Assembly: GCA_951406725.2 (NCBI GenBank)
Contig: OX597833.1
Location: forward strand, 36,022,001 to 36,086,000
Direction of reading: 5' to 3'
Length of the DNA stretch: 64,000 nt
Source: Octopus vulgaris
Taxonomy: Eukaryota
Part shown: piece by piece, positions 12,835 to 28,306 of the stretch
Layout: each line of letters starts with the position of its first letter
Position numbering within the stretch: the stretch's first letter is position 1
Program-made: the position numbers and the translations under genes
Notes under the pieces: generated by a model
Database searches by the model: none
What the model saw: the letters and a program-made list of their open reading frames with translations, nothing else
What the model was told of the DNA's origin: nothing

Positions 12835-13230
12835 TCCATCCATCCATCCATCCATCAATACATACATACATACATACATACATACATACATACATACATA
12901 CCTGCATACATACATACATACATACATACATGCATGCATGCATTCATACAAACATACATACATACATACATACATGCATGCATTCATACAAACATACATA
13001 CATACATACATACATACATACATACATACAAACATACATACATACATACAAACATACATACCTGCATACATACATACATACATGCATGCATGCATGCATT
13101 CATACAAACAAACATACATACATACATACATACATACATACATACATACATACATACATACATGCATGCATGCATTCATACATACAAACATACATACATA
13201 CATACATACATACATACATACATACATACA
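12835..13230. repeat. (CATA)n-based compound tandem repeat with higher-order units
   Basis: CATA runs are interrupted periodically by CATGCATGCATTCATACAAA and CCTG. Confidence 0.9.
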
Positions 13231-13546
13231 ACACATGTATATTTCGATATTATATAAGTTTCTTTATCAACATTCATGGCCCATAAAAATCTAAATTCAA
13301 TGCACAAATGATTCCGAAAATGCCGCTTTTATGTTTGAAACTGCATTCTTTACTTGCAGATATACATGCACATACATTTCTGTGCATGAACGTATGTATA
13401 TAAGCATATATGTATATACAAGCGTATGTATATCTATATACATATACATATATATATATATGTGTATATACAAACACATTTATATAATACATATATATAT
13501 GCATATACATATATACATATATATATTATAAATATATATACGCATG

Positions 13547-13580
<34 letters not shown>

Positions 13581-13700
13581 TATATATATATATGTATGTA
13601 TATATATGTATATGTGGGTGTGTATATGTATGTATATATACATATTTACATCTGCAGATACAAAAACACGTGTATGAGTACATATATGTAAATAGTATAA

Positions 13701-13741
<41 letters not shown>

Positions 13742-14058
13742 GATATATATATATACATACATACATATATACATACATATATACATATATATATATACAT
13801 ATATATATATGTACATATGTACATATATATACATACATATATATATATATATATATACATATGTATATATATATACACATACAACATATATATATACACA
13901 CACACACACATATATATATAACCATTTTGTGATATATACGTTTCTATATATATTTTACATATTAGTATGTATGTATACGTTTAAATGAAAAGGTCTTATT
14001 TTAACTGATATCTATATGAAAATATATGTATATAATTATATATATTTATACATGTATA

Positions 14059-14111
<53 letters not shown>

Positions 14112-14221
14112 ATATATACATATATATATTATAAATATATATATACGTATGTATATATATATATGCGTGTATATATATATATGGGGGGTTATGTATATAT
14201 ATGTATATATATATATTATAT

Positions 14222-14725
<504 letters not shown>

Positions 14726-14901
14726 TCATAGTACTGATATAAATGCCACTGTTTCTACTTCAGGAATTCCTGAGTATTCGTCGAGTATATAAATGATGAG
14801 AGAGAGAGAAAATGGAATTCACGAAACCTATAGTGAACCATCTGAAGGCATCTGCTCCTCTCATTTATCATACGTGTATATGCACATATGTGTGTGCGTG
14901 T

Positions 14902-15215
14902 GAAGGCGCATGGCTCAGTGGTTAGAGCTTGCGATCGGGCTTACGGTCGTGAGGTTGTGAGTTCGAATCCTCGACCGGGCTGCGTGTTGTGTTTTTGAGC
15001 AAGACACTTTATTTCACGTTGCTCCAGTTCACTCAGCTGTAGAAATGAGTTGCGAGGTCACAGGTGCCAAGCTGTATTGGCCTTTGCTTATCCCTTGGAT
15101 AGCACTGGTAGAGAGTGGAGGCTGGTATGCATGGGCGACTGCTGGCCTTCCAGAAACAAATTTGTCCGAACTTGTGCCTGGGAGGGTTACTTTCTAGGGG
15201 CAATCCCATGGTCAT
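14902..15215 (+). mobile_element. tRNA-derived CORE-like SINE (family C)
   Basis: A box TGGCTCAGTGG and B box GTTCGAATCC, followed by TTGAGCAAGACACTTTATTTCACGTTGCTCCAGTTCACTCAGCTGTAGAAATG. Confidence 0.85.
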
Positions 15216-15506
15216 CATATATATATATATATATATCCATATATATATCCAGGCAAATATACATATATATATACATATATATGTCCACACACATATATAT
15301 ATATATATATATAATGATATAGTTGTACATATATATATACTCAATTCTCTGTCTTAGACTTAGTTATATAATATCTACGGATACTATGGAATTCCTTAAG
15401 TATATAAAATAGGATGTGCATTTCTACTGAATGATGACATCAGTTGACCAACAACTGTGGACGGGCTTTGCAAAACATTTTACAAGTGTTATAGCCAAAT
15501 CTCCCT

Positions 15507-15547
<41 letters not shown>

Positions 15548-15839
15548 TATGCGTGTAGTTAAGCATCTTCAAATAACAACTCAGAGATTTTCCGCCTGAA
15601 ACCAGAGAAAGAAGAAACGAATGATATACACACACACACATATATATATACATATATATACATATATATATTTACATGTATATTTATACACATATATATA
15701 TATTATATGTATATATACACATTTATATATATATATTTATATATATATGTGTGTGTGTATGTATGTTTATATATATATATATTTTCTATGTATATACATA
15801 TATATATGTGCGTCTACGTATGTGGGCGTATATATGTAT

Positions 15840-15920
<81 letters not shown>

Positions 15921-15923
15921 ACG

Positions 15924-15962
<39 letters not shown>

Positions 15963-15963
15963 G

Positions 15964-16028
<65 letters not shown>

Positions 16029-16257
16029 TATGTTTACAGTTGGTTTCGAACCACACGTCCAGAATGTCCCAGAATGAAGGTGCACAGCAGAATATCCTGT
16101 GATGCATAAGCAATGGAACCAATTCTGAGCAACAGAAACAAGTATCAGGAATTTTAACCAAAGAGTTATGCTGTATCACTAACTGTTAAATTAAAGATAA
16201 AAGCTGAACATGTACAAGTATCCCTAATGTTTGTGATTCTTTGGTACAATTATACGT

Positions 16258-16480
16258 ATCGAGCTGGCAGAAACGTTAGCACGCCGAGCGAAATGCGTAG
16301 CCGTATTTCGTTTGCCGTTACGTTCTGGGTTCAAATTCCGCCGAGGTCGACTTTGCCTTTCATCCTTTCGGGGTCGATAAATTAAGTATTAGTTACGCAC
16401 TGGGGTCGATGTAATCGACTTAATCCGTTTGTCCTTGTTTGTCCCCTCTGTGTTTAGCCCCTTGTGGGTAATAAAGAAAT
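16258..16480 (+). mobile_element. SINE family B
   Basis: GAGCTGGCAGAAACGTTAGCACGCCG...GTTCAAATTCCGCCGAGGTCGACTTTGCCTTTCATCCTTTCGGGGTCGATAAA. Confidence 0.9.
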
Positions 16481-16510
16481 ATATATATACGTATATTTGT
16501 ACATATATAT

Positions 16511-16688
16511 ATATATATATTGTATAGACATTAGGAGTGGCTGTGTGGTAAGTAGCTTGCTTACCAACCACACGGTTCCGGGTTCAGTCCCACTGCGTGG
16601 CACCTTGGACAAGTGTCTTCTACTATAGCATCGGGCCGACCAAAGCCTTGTGAGTGGATTTGGTAGACGGAAACTGAAAGAAGCCGTA

Positions 16689-16736
<48 letters not shown>

Positions 16737-16965
16737 GTATGTGTGTGTGTGTTTGTGCGTCTGTGTTTGTCCCCCCCAACTTCGCTTGACAACCGATGCT
16801 GGTGTGTTTACTTCGCCGTAAACTAGCGGTTCGGCAAAAGAGACCGATAGAATAAGTACTAAGTTTACAAAGAATAAGTCCTGGGGTCAATTTGCTTGAC
16901 TAGAAAGGCGGTGCTCCAGCATAGCCGCAGTCAAATGACTGAAACAAGTAAACGAGTAACGAGTA
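16511..16965 (+). mobile_element. SINE family A, full length
   Basis: AGGAGTGGCTGTGTGGTAAG ... (TA)n(TG)n ... GACTGAAACAAGTAAACGAGT. Confidence 0.92.
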
Positions 16966-17099
16966 TATTAAATATATCTAGGTAGAGAGAAATACATATA
17001 TGTATATACGCATACCCATACATACATACACAGCGGCACAGACACACTCATATACTTCAGCATGTATGATATATTTTTATATACATCTATACATGAATG

Positions 17100-17135
<36 letters not shown>

Positions 17136-17341
17136 TGTGTGTCTGTTTATATACATCAATACATTAATGTCAATATATATATATATATATATATAGTTAT
17201 AGATGGATGTATATATATGTATACATATGCGTATATATGTACATATTAGTGTATATACATATGTATATATATATATAAATGTATATGTTCACATACATAT
17301 ATGCGTATATGTATATGTACATATATATATATATATGTATG

Positions 17342-17410
<69 letters not shown>

Positions 17411-17900
17411 CTGAAGGCATGAGTGTGAGAGTGGGAGTGGTAAGTGTGTGCACGTGTCTATGTACGTGCGTGTATGTTAAACTATGTATGTATGAAGATA
17501 CACATACAGGTGTGTATTCAGGTCATGATTTGTGTAGAGTAACTTAACGGTGACTGCGAGAAGCATAAACTTTTAGAATATAAAAATTTTTATTAGCCAT
17601 GGTACAATGTCCTTCAAAGCGATAAAAGTTAATGTTTTGAAAAGTAATTTTTCGCACATACGGATGCAATTATGGGCTGTGTATCATCACACTTGCACAT
17701 TGGTAAGCTTGTCAGTCGTGCATACTTGTGTATTAATACATATATGGATACACACATACATACATACATACATACATACATACATACATACATACATACA
17801 TACATACATACATACGTATATATATGTGCGTATATATATATGCATATATGCATATATATATGTGTATGTGTATATATACACATATATGTGAGTGTACGTA

Positions 17901-17997
<97 letters not shown>

Positions 17998-18108
17998 GTG
18001 TGTATCTATGTATATATTTACATGCGTGTGTTTTTGTGAAAGTGTGTGTCTCGTGTATGTGTGTATCTGTCTATAAATGTGTGTGTGTATTTATATATAT
18101 ATATATAT

Positions 18109-18474
18109 ACTCTTACTCTTTTACTCTTTTACTTGTTTCAGTCATTTGACTGCGGCCATGCTGGAGCACCACCTTTTAGTACTTATTCTATCGGTCTCTT
18201 TTTGCCGAACCGCTAAGTGACGGGGACATAAACACACCAGCATCGGTTGTCAAGCAATGCTAGGGGGACAAACACAGACACACAAACACACATATACATA
18301 TATATACATATATACGACAGGCTTCTTTCAGTTTCCGTCTACCAAATCCACTCACAATGCATTGGTCGGCCCGGGGCTATAGCAGAAGACACTTGCCCAA
18401 GATGCCACGCAGTGGGACTGAACCCGCAACCGTGTGGTTGGTTAGCAAGCTACTTACCACACAGCCACTCCTGC

Positions 18475-18475
<1 letters not shown>
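18109..18475 (-). mobile_element. SINE family A, near full length
   Basis: Runs from tail CTCTTTTACTCTTTTACTTGTTTCAGTC to head CACAGCCACTCCTGC. Confidence 0.92.
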
Positions 18476-18509
<34 letters not shown>

Positions 18510-18516
18510 ATATGTA

Positions 18517-18601
<85 letters not shown>

Positions 18602-18667
18602 TTTATATTTACATATATATTTGAGTACTCTTTTTTCCACCTTGTTTCAAATTTATGTCTTTACTCC

Positions 18668-18752
<85 letters not shown>

Positions 18753-18804
18753 ATATATGTATATATGCATATATATATACATATATAATGAATATACAAA
18801 TATT

Positions 18805-18846
<42 letters not shown>

Positions 18847-18855
18847 CACACATAA

Positions 18856-18886
<31 letters not shown>

Positions 18887-18987
18887 TGTATTTATAATAT
18901 ATATTTATGCATATATATAGATGGATAGTTAGACTGACAGACTGACATAGATCTATCTATATATATATATATGTATGTATGTATATA

Positions 18988-19867
18988 CAGGGACCGATGA
19001 ATAAACTGTCGTCTACAGTACGCAAAACTGATAATAACACTGATAATGACATGTCATTTTAACAGATATATTTACCAACATTACATCAAAACATCTTGAA
19101 ATACTAAGCAGTATATTTTTTTAATAAAATCACCATTGGCTTCAATCACGGCCTCCAGATGACTTCGGAATCTCCTGCAAATCTTCTGGACGGTCTCCTT
19201 GTTTTAGTTGGTGAATGCTGCCATAATCCTTGCCTTCAGTTCATCTTTGGTGTTACAAGAAGTTTTATTGATCTCTCGCACAACTGCACCCCACATGTAA
19301 TAATGAAGGGGGTTGAAGTGCGGGGTGTTAAGCGGCCAGATGTTAGGGGTGATGTGGTCGCAGAAATTGTCTAGCAGCCATGACTGGGTTCTCTTGCTGG
19401 TGTGACATGGTGCAGGGATTTTGCCAGACATAGGGTCTTCCAACAGCTACTCTCTTCACCCAAAGCAGCACTACCTCAGCCATGCACTTGATGTAGGCCT
19501 GCGTGTTGAGTGTGATACGTGTGGGAAAATGAATGGAGGTATAACGTCGCCATCACTAGTGATCCCTTCTGACACCATGATGTTGACTGAATGTTTGATT
19601 TTTATCACTCTCGGTACATGTCCTCAGATTGCACTGCCCTCAAATTGACTCCCAAACATTCTGAAATATTCGTATTGGAGCTTCTGGCGCGAATGCCAAG
19701 CAGTACAGCATGTCTATTCCAAATTTCTGGCCGAGTGAATTGCGTCATGGTATTATTTATCTCACAGACGGTGACAAACTGACCCTACTATTCTGTGTAG
19801 TCGACAAAGAATGTGCATGCGCGAAGTTAAAAGTAAATAATGGCTACAATTTACCCATCGCACCCTG
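18988..19867 (-). mobile_element. Tc1/mariner superfamily (maT/DD37D-like) internally deleted element with TIRs
   Basis: TA|CAGGGACCGATGAATAAACTGT ... ACAATTTACCCATCGCACCCTG|TA. Peptide APCHTSKRTQSWL...WPLNTPHFNPLHYYMWGAV...KDELKARI. Confidence 0.88.
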
Positions 19868-19989
19868 TACGTGTGAGAGTATGAAAGAGAGAGAGAGAGT
19901 TTGTGTATGTGTGTATGTGTGTTTGTCTGTGTGTGTGCGTCTGTGTGTGTGTGTGTGTGTGTGTCTGTGTGTGTGTGTGTAATTTATGC

Positions 19990-20186
19990 TTTTTGCCTTT
20001 TATCATTAACTTGTTTCAATCATTGCAGCCAGGCTTGAGGAGCGCCTTTTAGAATATGTGTCGAAGAAATCGTTCACAATACATATTATCACTTTTATTA
20101 TCAAGTTATTAATTAAGATGTAAATACACCACCACCGTTCGTCATTCGGTGATGGTGGATGAACATAGAAAGACACACAAACATAA

Positions 20187-20256
<70 letters not shown>

Positions 20257-20274
20257 ATATATATCCATCCATCC

Positions 20275-20336
<62 letters not shown>

Positions 20337-20592
20337 ATATATATATATATATATATATATCTATATATATATATATATATACGCTTACACACGCATATAT
20401 GTGTGTGTGTATGCGTGTCTATATAAGTATATATATATATATATATAAGTACTACGGGACTTTTACCACTCATACGGCTCAGGTCGGTCCGAGGCTGTAG
20501 TACAAGATAGTTGACGTCCTATGTAATGTGACTGAATCCTGTACCATGTGGTTGGGAAGCAAAGTTCTTACAACATTTCCAAGCCAGTGCCT
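19990..20592 (-). mobile_element. old SINE family A copy with about 270 bp internal (TCTA)/(TA)n
   Basis: Diverged tail CTTGTTTCAATCATTGCAGCC and head ACCATGTGGTTGGGAAGCAA. Confidence 0.65.
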
Positions 20593-21191
20593 GTATATAC
20601 AAACACAGCTAGATGGATAGATAAATAGAGCGAACAAGAGAGAGATAGAGAGAGATTGAGTGAAAGTGATGTGAAAATGTATATATATCACATGTATATA
20701 TATATATTTATATGTAAGTATGTATATATACGTACTTATATGTACATATATATAGACATATAGATATGTCTATATTTAGAGAGAGAGAGAGATTGATTGA
20801 TTGAAAGACAGATATACTACATGTATGTCTATTTAAATACATATATACCAACAAATACATGTGTGTGCACGTGTGTGTGCGTGTGCTCCCACCTATGCCA
20901 TAACTATTAACATGTGCTCTTCAAATGGCCATTCTATTAGTTCCACACATTTTGTTTTGTTCAGGACTATGGTTACTATTATAACAGATTTGTTAGAATT
21001 TCTTCTATTTTTATATATCTTTTATCTTGTATCTTCTATTTGTGAAAATCATTAGACCGTAGCCAAGCTGGAGCACTACCCAGAAATACTCTTATTTTCT
21101 AAAGCTTACTACTTATTCTAACTTATTCTTTTGCCGAACTGCTAAGCTACTGGGTTGCAATCAAACTACACCTGTTGTCATTTGCTGGCAC

Positions 21192-21226
<35 letters not shown>

Positions 21227-21377
21227 TATATTCGTATATGTATGTATGTATATACGTACATATATGTTTGTATGTATGCATATGTTTTATTTATTACACT
21301 ATTGTATGACTGAGCGCCCTCGCGACGATTCGATTCGTTTCGTTTCGTTTCGTTTCTTCTTCTTCTCTAAGCTGGTT

Positions 21378-21515
<138 letters not shown>

Positions 21516-21641
21516 GAAATAGAGTGATAGAGAGATAGATATATGTACACACACACAGTTATATATTATATATGTATGCATGCATGTACAGATACATAGA
21601 TAGATAGACAGATAGACAGATAGACAGATAAATAGATAGGC

Positions 21642-21770
<129 letters not shown>

Positions 21771-22179
21771 CGTCAAGTTAATATCCACGGATCAAGGTGT
21801 ATGTGTTTAGCGAGCTTTAAGCAATCCTTAGAAGATATAAAAACAAACAACTTTCAGGAACAATAAGAGGTTTATTGGCACAGAAGGTTATGATTTTGTC
21901 CCGTACGCTAAGCTGGAAAAAAAAATTATAGTTCAGGATTAGAAACAAAGGTTGTTGTATACGCAAATAAACATCCAAAAATTAAGGAATGGAACTGATA
22001 AAATCAATGCTACATATGTTTCATAGCTAGCGGAAACTCGGAAGTAGTATGTTATCCAAACGAGGAGTAGACCTCAAGTTACTCTTCAGGCCAAGGGTGC
22101 CTTGATGATATGAAATTTAAATTTCCGCCAGGAGATCCTGTGTTAATTCGTTGAGAATTCGATCGAAATTTTGGATATA

Positions 22180-22214
22180 TAATAATAATAATAATAATAA
22201 TAACAATAATAATG

Positions 22215-22278
<64 letters not shown>

Positions 22279-22289
22279 TAATAATAATA

Positions 22290-22337
<48 letters not shown>

Positions 22338-22401
22338 TAATAATAATAATAATAATAATAATAATTATAATAATAATAATAATAATTATAATAATAATAA
22401 T

Positions 22402-22452
<51 letters not shown>

Positions 22453-22477
22453 TATTATTATTATTATAATAATAATA
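22180..22477. repeat. (TAA)n microsatellite, about 300 bp
   Basis: Seen directly. Confidence 0.97.
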
Positions 22478-23114
22478 GTAATGATAAGAATCCTTGTAGA
22501 ATTAGGTATTTAAAAGAATATGCACCAGGTAGGGTTGAATAAACCTTTGGTCACAACTTATGCTCGATTAAGAAACAGCTGTGAAAAGCTGCCATTTTTC
22601 TATTGTCAGTTATTCATTTGCTTACACACATACATACATACATACATACATACATACACACACATTTATCCATCGACTGTTGTTCATTTGCTTATATATG
22701 TGTGTATGTGTGTACACATACATACATGCACACAGACGTATGCAATCATTCACGACAGGCTTCTTTCAGTTTCCAACAACCGAATACACTCACAAGGCTT
22801 TGGTCGTTCATTGGTTTTGGCAGAAGAACACAGCGGGACTGAACCTAAATCCATGTAGTTCAGTGCTGCTATGTGAGCTCAGATCTCATGAAGATCGCAT
22901 TTGGCTCGCATCGTTCGAGGAATTATAAAATAAATACCAATTGAATTCAGTAGTGTTATAATCAATAAAATCTACCCTAATTTCCTCAATTGGTGCCTAT
23001 ATAAGATACATATGAACGCATTTTTCAAAGCAACAAGATCTCAATTAAAAAAACTAAATTCTAGCAAAGATCAATGGATTCACTTACTCACATTTTACCA
23101 TGTTAAAGTTATTA

Positions 23115-23215
<101 letters not shown>

Positions 23216-23220
23216 TTATT

Positions 23221-23319
23221 GTCTTTGCACGGCTTCTAACGCTGGGGATGTACTCCGGTGTCAGCTATTCATTACCAATGAACTAAGGTAAAACCCCTTA
23301 TTTTTCGAGCACCATCCAG
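23221..23319 (-). mobile_element. 3' UTR of R4/Dong-like element (same family as 1-325) in (TTA)n
   Basis: GTGTCAGCT.TTCA.TACCA.TGAACTAAGGTAA...GAGCACCATCC is shared with 29-85. TTA repeats lie on both sides. Confidence 0.75.
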
Positions 23320-23349
23320 ATTATTACTATTTTTATTATTATTATTATT

Positions 23350-23775
23350 CAGTAGTTTTATTTTTATAGCGTGCTTTCACTTCACTACCGAGCACAGCTC
23401 TGTGTGCCTTGGGTATGTGCTGTGATTTGTTGTGATGCTCTGATGGTTATTGTATGGAAAGTGTTCTGCGTAGGATGTGTGCAGTCCTTAGTAGTGCAAT
23501 TTTCTGTATGTTATATGTGTTTGTAAGTCCTGGTGTTTTTGTTATGTATTTGTCTGAATATTTTTTTATCATGCCTAATGCACCTACTATGATAGGAATT
23601 GTTTCTGTTTTCAGATTCCACATTCTAGTTACCTCTATTTCCAGGTCTTTGTATTTTGAGAGTTTCTCCATTTCTTTTAGAGACACGTTGTCATCAGCCG
23701 GTATTGATACATCAATTAGAAAGCATTTTTTTTCTTCATGATCTCTGACAACTATATCTGGTCTGTTGGCCTTAA

Positions 23776-23777
<2 letters not shown>
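23350..23777 (-). mobile_element. 5'-truncated R4/Dong-like retrotransposon, intact RLE domain and 3' UTR, inserted in (TAA)n
   Basis: Open frame KANRPDIVVRDHEEKKCFLIDVSIPADDNVSLKEMEKLSKYKDLEIEVTRMW...PIIVGALG...IQKIALLRTAHILRRTLSIQ* (PD-(D/E)xK). TTA repeats lie on both sides. Confidence 0.92.
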
Positions 23778-23843
<66 letters not shown>

Positions 23844-23844
23844 G

Positions 23845-24055
23845 AGGCAGTGAACTGACAGAATCGTTACCGCGACGGGCGAAATGCTCAGCGGCATTTC
23901 GTCCGTCTTTACGCTCTTAGTTCAAATTCTACTGAGGTCGACTTAACCTTTCATCTCTTCAGGGGTTCATAAAATAAGCACCAGTTGAACACTGGGTTTA
24001 ATGAAATCGATTTCCCTTCAGCGCCACAATTGCTAATCTTGTTTCAAAATTTGAA
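23845..24055 (+). mobile_element. SINE family B, diverged
   Basis: GGCAGTGAACTGACAGAATCGTTA...GTTCAAATTCTACTGAGGTCGACTT..CCTTTCATC. Confidence 0.8.
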
Positions 24056-24232
24056 CTTATTATTATAATTATGATTATAATTATTATTATTATTATTATT
24101 ATTGTCATTTACTTTTAATCTGCATGTTTGATGCAATCAATGGCCGGGGCACACCCAGCGCCCTAGGGCAAGTGAAGGTTAAGAGTTGTTGAAATATAGC
24201 TGAAAGCTTGGGGGGTTGTTGAAATATATTAA

Positions 24233-24292
<60 letters not shown>

Positions 24293-24341
24293 CATTATTA
24301 TTATAATTATTATTATTATTAATACCATTAATATTATTATA

Positions 24342-24401
<60 letters not shown>

Positions 24402-24596
24402 TATTATTATTACCATTATTATTATTATTATAATTTATTATTACTATTATTATTATTATTAATATTATTATTATTATTATTATTATTATAATTATTATTA
24501 TTATTACCATTAATATTATTATAATTTATTATTATTATTATTATTATTACTATTATTATTATTACCATTATTATTATTATTATAATTTATTATTAC

Positions 24597-24636
<40 letters not shown>

Positions 24637-24845
24637 AGGCGGCGAGCTGGAATGAATGCGTAGTGACATTTCGTCTACCACTACGTTTGCTTTCAAATTC
24701 CGCCGAGGTCGACTTTGCCTTTTATCCTTTCGGGATCGATAAATTAAGAAATTAAGTACCAGTGAAACACTGGGGTCGATGTAATCGAATATCCACCCCC
24801 ATCCCCAAAACATTTCCGACCTTGTGCCTATAGCAGAAAGGATTA
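24637..24845 (+). mobile_element. SINE family B
   Basis: AGGCGGCGAGCTGG...TTCAAATTCCGCCGAGGTCGACTTTGCCT...CTTGTGCCTATAGCAGAAAGGATTAT. Confidence 0.85.
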
Positions 24846-25146
24846 TATTTTTACCATTATACTTCAATGCTGTTATTGTTGCTGTGGTTGTTGTTGTTGT
24901 TGTTGTTGTCATTGTAGACCCTGTGACATCCCCGGGGCAGTATTCTTTATTGTGTGACGCACTCTGCTAAATGCAACAGTTGTGCTTGGGGAAAAGGAAA
25001 CATAACTGTACAAGAAAAGAACGTTGAGAGTTAACCGTCCCGAATATTTAACATGACACGTGTGCGCGCGTGATGAGGGCATATAGGCATGTATGGGAAT
25101 ATGTGTATATTTGAACATACAGAAGCGCATACACACACACATACAC

Positions 25147-25186
<40 letters not shown>

Positions 25187-25276
25187 CTCACACACACACA
25201 TATATATATATAAGCCTATATATGTGCGTGTGTGTGTATATATATGTGCGTGTGTGTGTGTATATATATATACATG

Positions 25277-25310
<34 letters not shown>

Positions 25311-25434
25311 TGTATGTATATATATATATAAACACATACATACATGCTTACACAGCGTCTATACGTATATATGTACGCATGTACATGTGCGCGCGTCTGT
25401 GTGCATAGATTGCGTATGTGCCTACCTAAATTGC

Positions 25435-25466
<32 letters not shown>

Positions 25467-25490
25467 GTAATATATATACGTATAGACGCA

Positions 25491-25522
<32 letters not shown>

Positions 25523-26272
25523 GCACATACATAAATATATATATATGCACATACATAAATGTGCCTCGGTATGATTGTGTGTGCCTACATAATAATCATA
25601 TTTCTTCTTTATATATTTTCCCATATTCATACATAACTACACACACACACACACACACACTCATATATTCATCCACATGTATATGTATGTGTACGTATTC
25701 GTGTGTGCGTGTACGTCTAAAATGCGCCAGCCATTTCTATATTAGGTAACCGAACGCGACGATTAAATCGACATATATTTGTCCGTGTGATAACCATATG
25801 TACAGTATTATGTGTTGTAACATTTGTAGCATGTGTACATAAGTGATAACTAGATATATATAGATTGTCTGAGACACAGACAGGAGTATATACATAACAT
25901 ATACACATCCGTACAGTCTTTCTCTTTTTCGCTTCTCTCTCTTTCTCTTTCATCCCCCCTCTCTTTCTCTCTTTTTCACTCCCTCTTTTTTCTTTCTCCT
26001 CCTCTCTCCTCTACTTCTGTCTCACACGAACACACATACACACACACACACAGATGGATCTTCACCGTTTTCGACGATGGGCGTTCGATTAATCACCTAA
26101 CTGAACGGCCGTTTCACTCAATTAAATCAGTGCTTCCCAACTGGGGTTCATATGACCCCTGTGGGTTCATATAAGGTTTTGGCGGGGTCCACGTCACAAA
26201 ATTGTAAATTGGGGATACTCAATGTATGTATTAAGGACCTCTGAAAAAAATTTGGCTTTAGATGTGTTTATT

Positions 26273-26597
26273 GTGGAGGTGCAATGGCCCAGTAGTTAGG
26301 GCAGCGGACTCTCGTTCGGAGGATCGCGGTTTCGATTCCCAGAGCGGGCCTTGTGTGTGTTTATTGAGCGAAAACACCTAAGGCTCCACGAGGCTCCAGC
26401 AGGGGGTGGTGGCGACCCCTGTTGTACTCTTTCACCACAACTTTCTCTCACTCTTTCTTCCTGTTTCTTGAGTAACGCTGCGATGGACTGGCGTCCCGTC
26501 CAGCTGCGTGGGGGGGGGGGGGGCACATACGCTATAGAAACCGGGAAACCGGGCCCATGAGCCTGGCTAGGCTTGAAAAGGGCGCATAAATAAATAA
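26273..26597 (+). mobile_element. tRNA-derived SINE (family D)
   Basis: A box TGGCCCAGTAG, B box GTTTCGATTCC, central GCGATGGACTGGCGTCCCGTCCAG motif and (TAAA)n tail. Confidence 0.82.
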
Positions 26598-26711
26598 AGA
26601 TGTGTGTACTGGTATGTATTGCAAGAAACAGCTATGCTGCTTTCTCTAACATTTTACATAGTTCAACCTACATATAAGTTAATATGTGAACAAACAAAAT
26701 AGCAATTTTGG

Positions 26712-26985
26712 AAGCTTGCTTACCAACCACATGGTTCCGGGTTCAGTCTCACTGCGTGGAACCTTGGGCAAGTGTCTTCTACTATAACCTCGGGCCGACC
26801 AAAGCCTTGTGAGTGGATTTGCTAGACAGAAACTGAAAGAAGCCCGTCCTATATATGTATATATCTATATGTGCGTGTATATGTTTGTGTGTATGTTTGT
26901 CCCCTCAACATCCTGGGGTCGATTTGCTCGATTAAAGGCGGTGCTCCAGCATGGCCTCAGACAAATGACTGAAACAATACAAGAG
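26712..26985 (+). mobile_element. SINE family A, internally deleted
   Basis: AGCTTGCTTACCAACCACATGGTTCCGGGTTCAG ... GGTGCTCCAGCATGGCC...GACTGAAAC. Confidence 0.85.
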
Positions 26986-27016
26986 TATAACTAGTTTTTA
27001 AACATCGAATAGCTAT

Positions 27017-27240
27017 GGGGGTGGTTCATAGTGGTTAGGGTGTTGGACTCATTATCGTAAGATTGTGGTTTCGATTCCTGGACCAGGCGATGCGTTGTGT
27101 TCTTGAGCAAAACACTTCATTTCACGTTGCTCCAGTCCATTCAACTGTCAAAATATGAGTAATCATGTGATGGACAGGTCTCCTGTCCAGGTGGAGATTG
27201 TATATTCGCCATGAAGTCAGCATGAGTCGAGAAGGTAACT
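27017..27240 (+). mobile_element. CORE-like SINE family C, diverged
   Basis: GTGGTTAGGGTGTTGGACTC...GTTTCGATTCC...TTGAGCAAAACACTTCATTTCACGTTGCTCCAGT. Confidence 0.78.
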
Positions 27241-27556
27241 TTACTTTACTTTAACCCTATGGGTGTCCACCAGAATAATAAATAAAGGGGTCCATAGATG
27301 AAAAATGGTTGAGAATCCCTGAATTAAATGAAGGCTTAAGTGGCTGAATATTCTGGAGAATTGTGCACTTTTGACACAAATCTTATGTAGAATCAGAGTT
27401 GTGACACAGTGTGTCAAGGTTGGACTTTTCAATGACCGATAGACTCCATAGATCCCTTTAAACAATGGTTTGGTTGATTTGTGTCTACGACAAACGACAT
27501 ATGCTGAAGATGCTATACTTTTTCCGTTTAAGTACATGTAGGATACATAAACACAA

Positions 27557-27621
<65 letters not shown>

Positions 27622-27747
27622 CGTGTGTGTCCTTTAGTATAAAGAGCTGGGCAAGAACAGAGCGTAATATTAAGTAACTAATTAATTAATAATAAGAGAT
27701 CAGAAGTAACATACTCCTTCTTATTAGTTCACATTGCAGAAGTACCC

Positions 27748-27791
27748 GTCTCTGAGAGTACTGGTTCCTATAGCTGAAACAGCTGTAAGAC
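27748..27791 (+). ncRNA. degenerate type I hammerhead motif with palindromic stem III
   Basis: GTCT-CTGA(-)GA-G...T-GAAA-CAGCTG-TA-AGAC. Stem I and the GUA triplet are intact, one core base is missing and stem II is eroded. Confidence 0.5.
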
Positions 27792-27838
27792 AATGAAAGT
27801 GATTACGTGACTCGTTGTCATTCATTCATATATGTATG

Positions 27839-27894
<56 letters not shown>

Positions 27895-27990
27895 TACAGA
27901 TAGATAGATACATACATAATACATACATATATACATACATAATACACACATACATACATATATGCATACATACATACACATCACACACAC

Positions 27991-28051
<61 letters not shown>

Positions 28052-28225
28052 CGTCTGCGTCAGTGAAATCTAGTCCACTGCAGCTGTGTACCAACTTTCC
28101 TAGTGAAGACAACGAAGCAGGGATATTTTTTACTTATGAACCTATTTTGGAAAACATCTTTGCAGGAATTGTTACTCAAAGACAAATAAACGTTGATGCT
28201 CGTGTGTGCGTGTGTGGAGAGATAG

Positions 28226-28306
<81 letters not shown>

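Larger units (their letters stand above)
26128..27321. mobile_element. non-autonomous hAT-type DNA transposon with 8-bp TSD, containing three nested SINEs
   Basis: AATTAAAT|CAGTGCTTCCCAAC ... GTTGAGAATCCCTG|AATTAAAT. It has imperfect 14-bp TIRs and an exact 8-bp TSD. Confidence 0.88.

Noticed and set aside
14902-14980. tRNA gene
   Set aside because: A/B boxes are present but continue into a SINE body with no clean cloverleaf, so these are SINE heads. The same applies at 26273 and 27017.
21820-22170. Possible additional RLE LINE 3' end before (TAA)n (ILRRYKNKQLSGTIR)
   Set aside because: The similarity is too short and degenerate to call.
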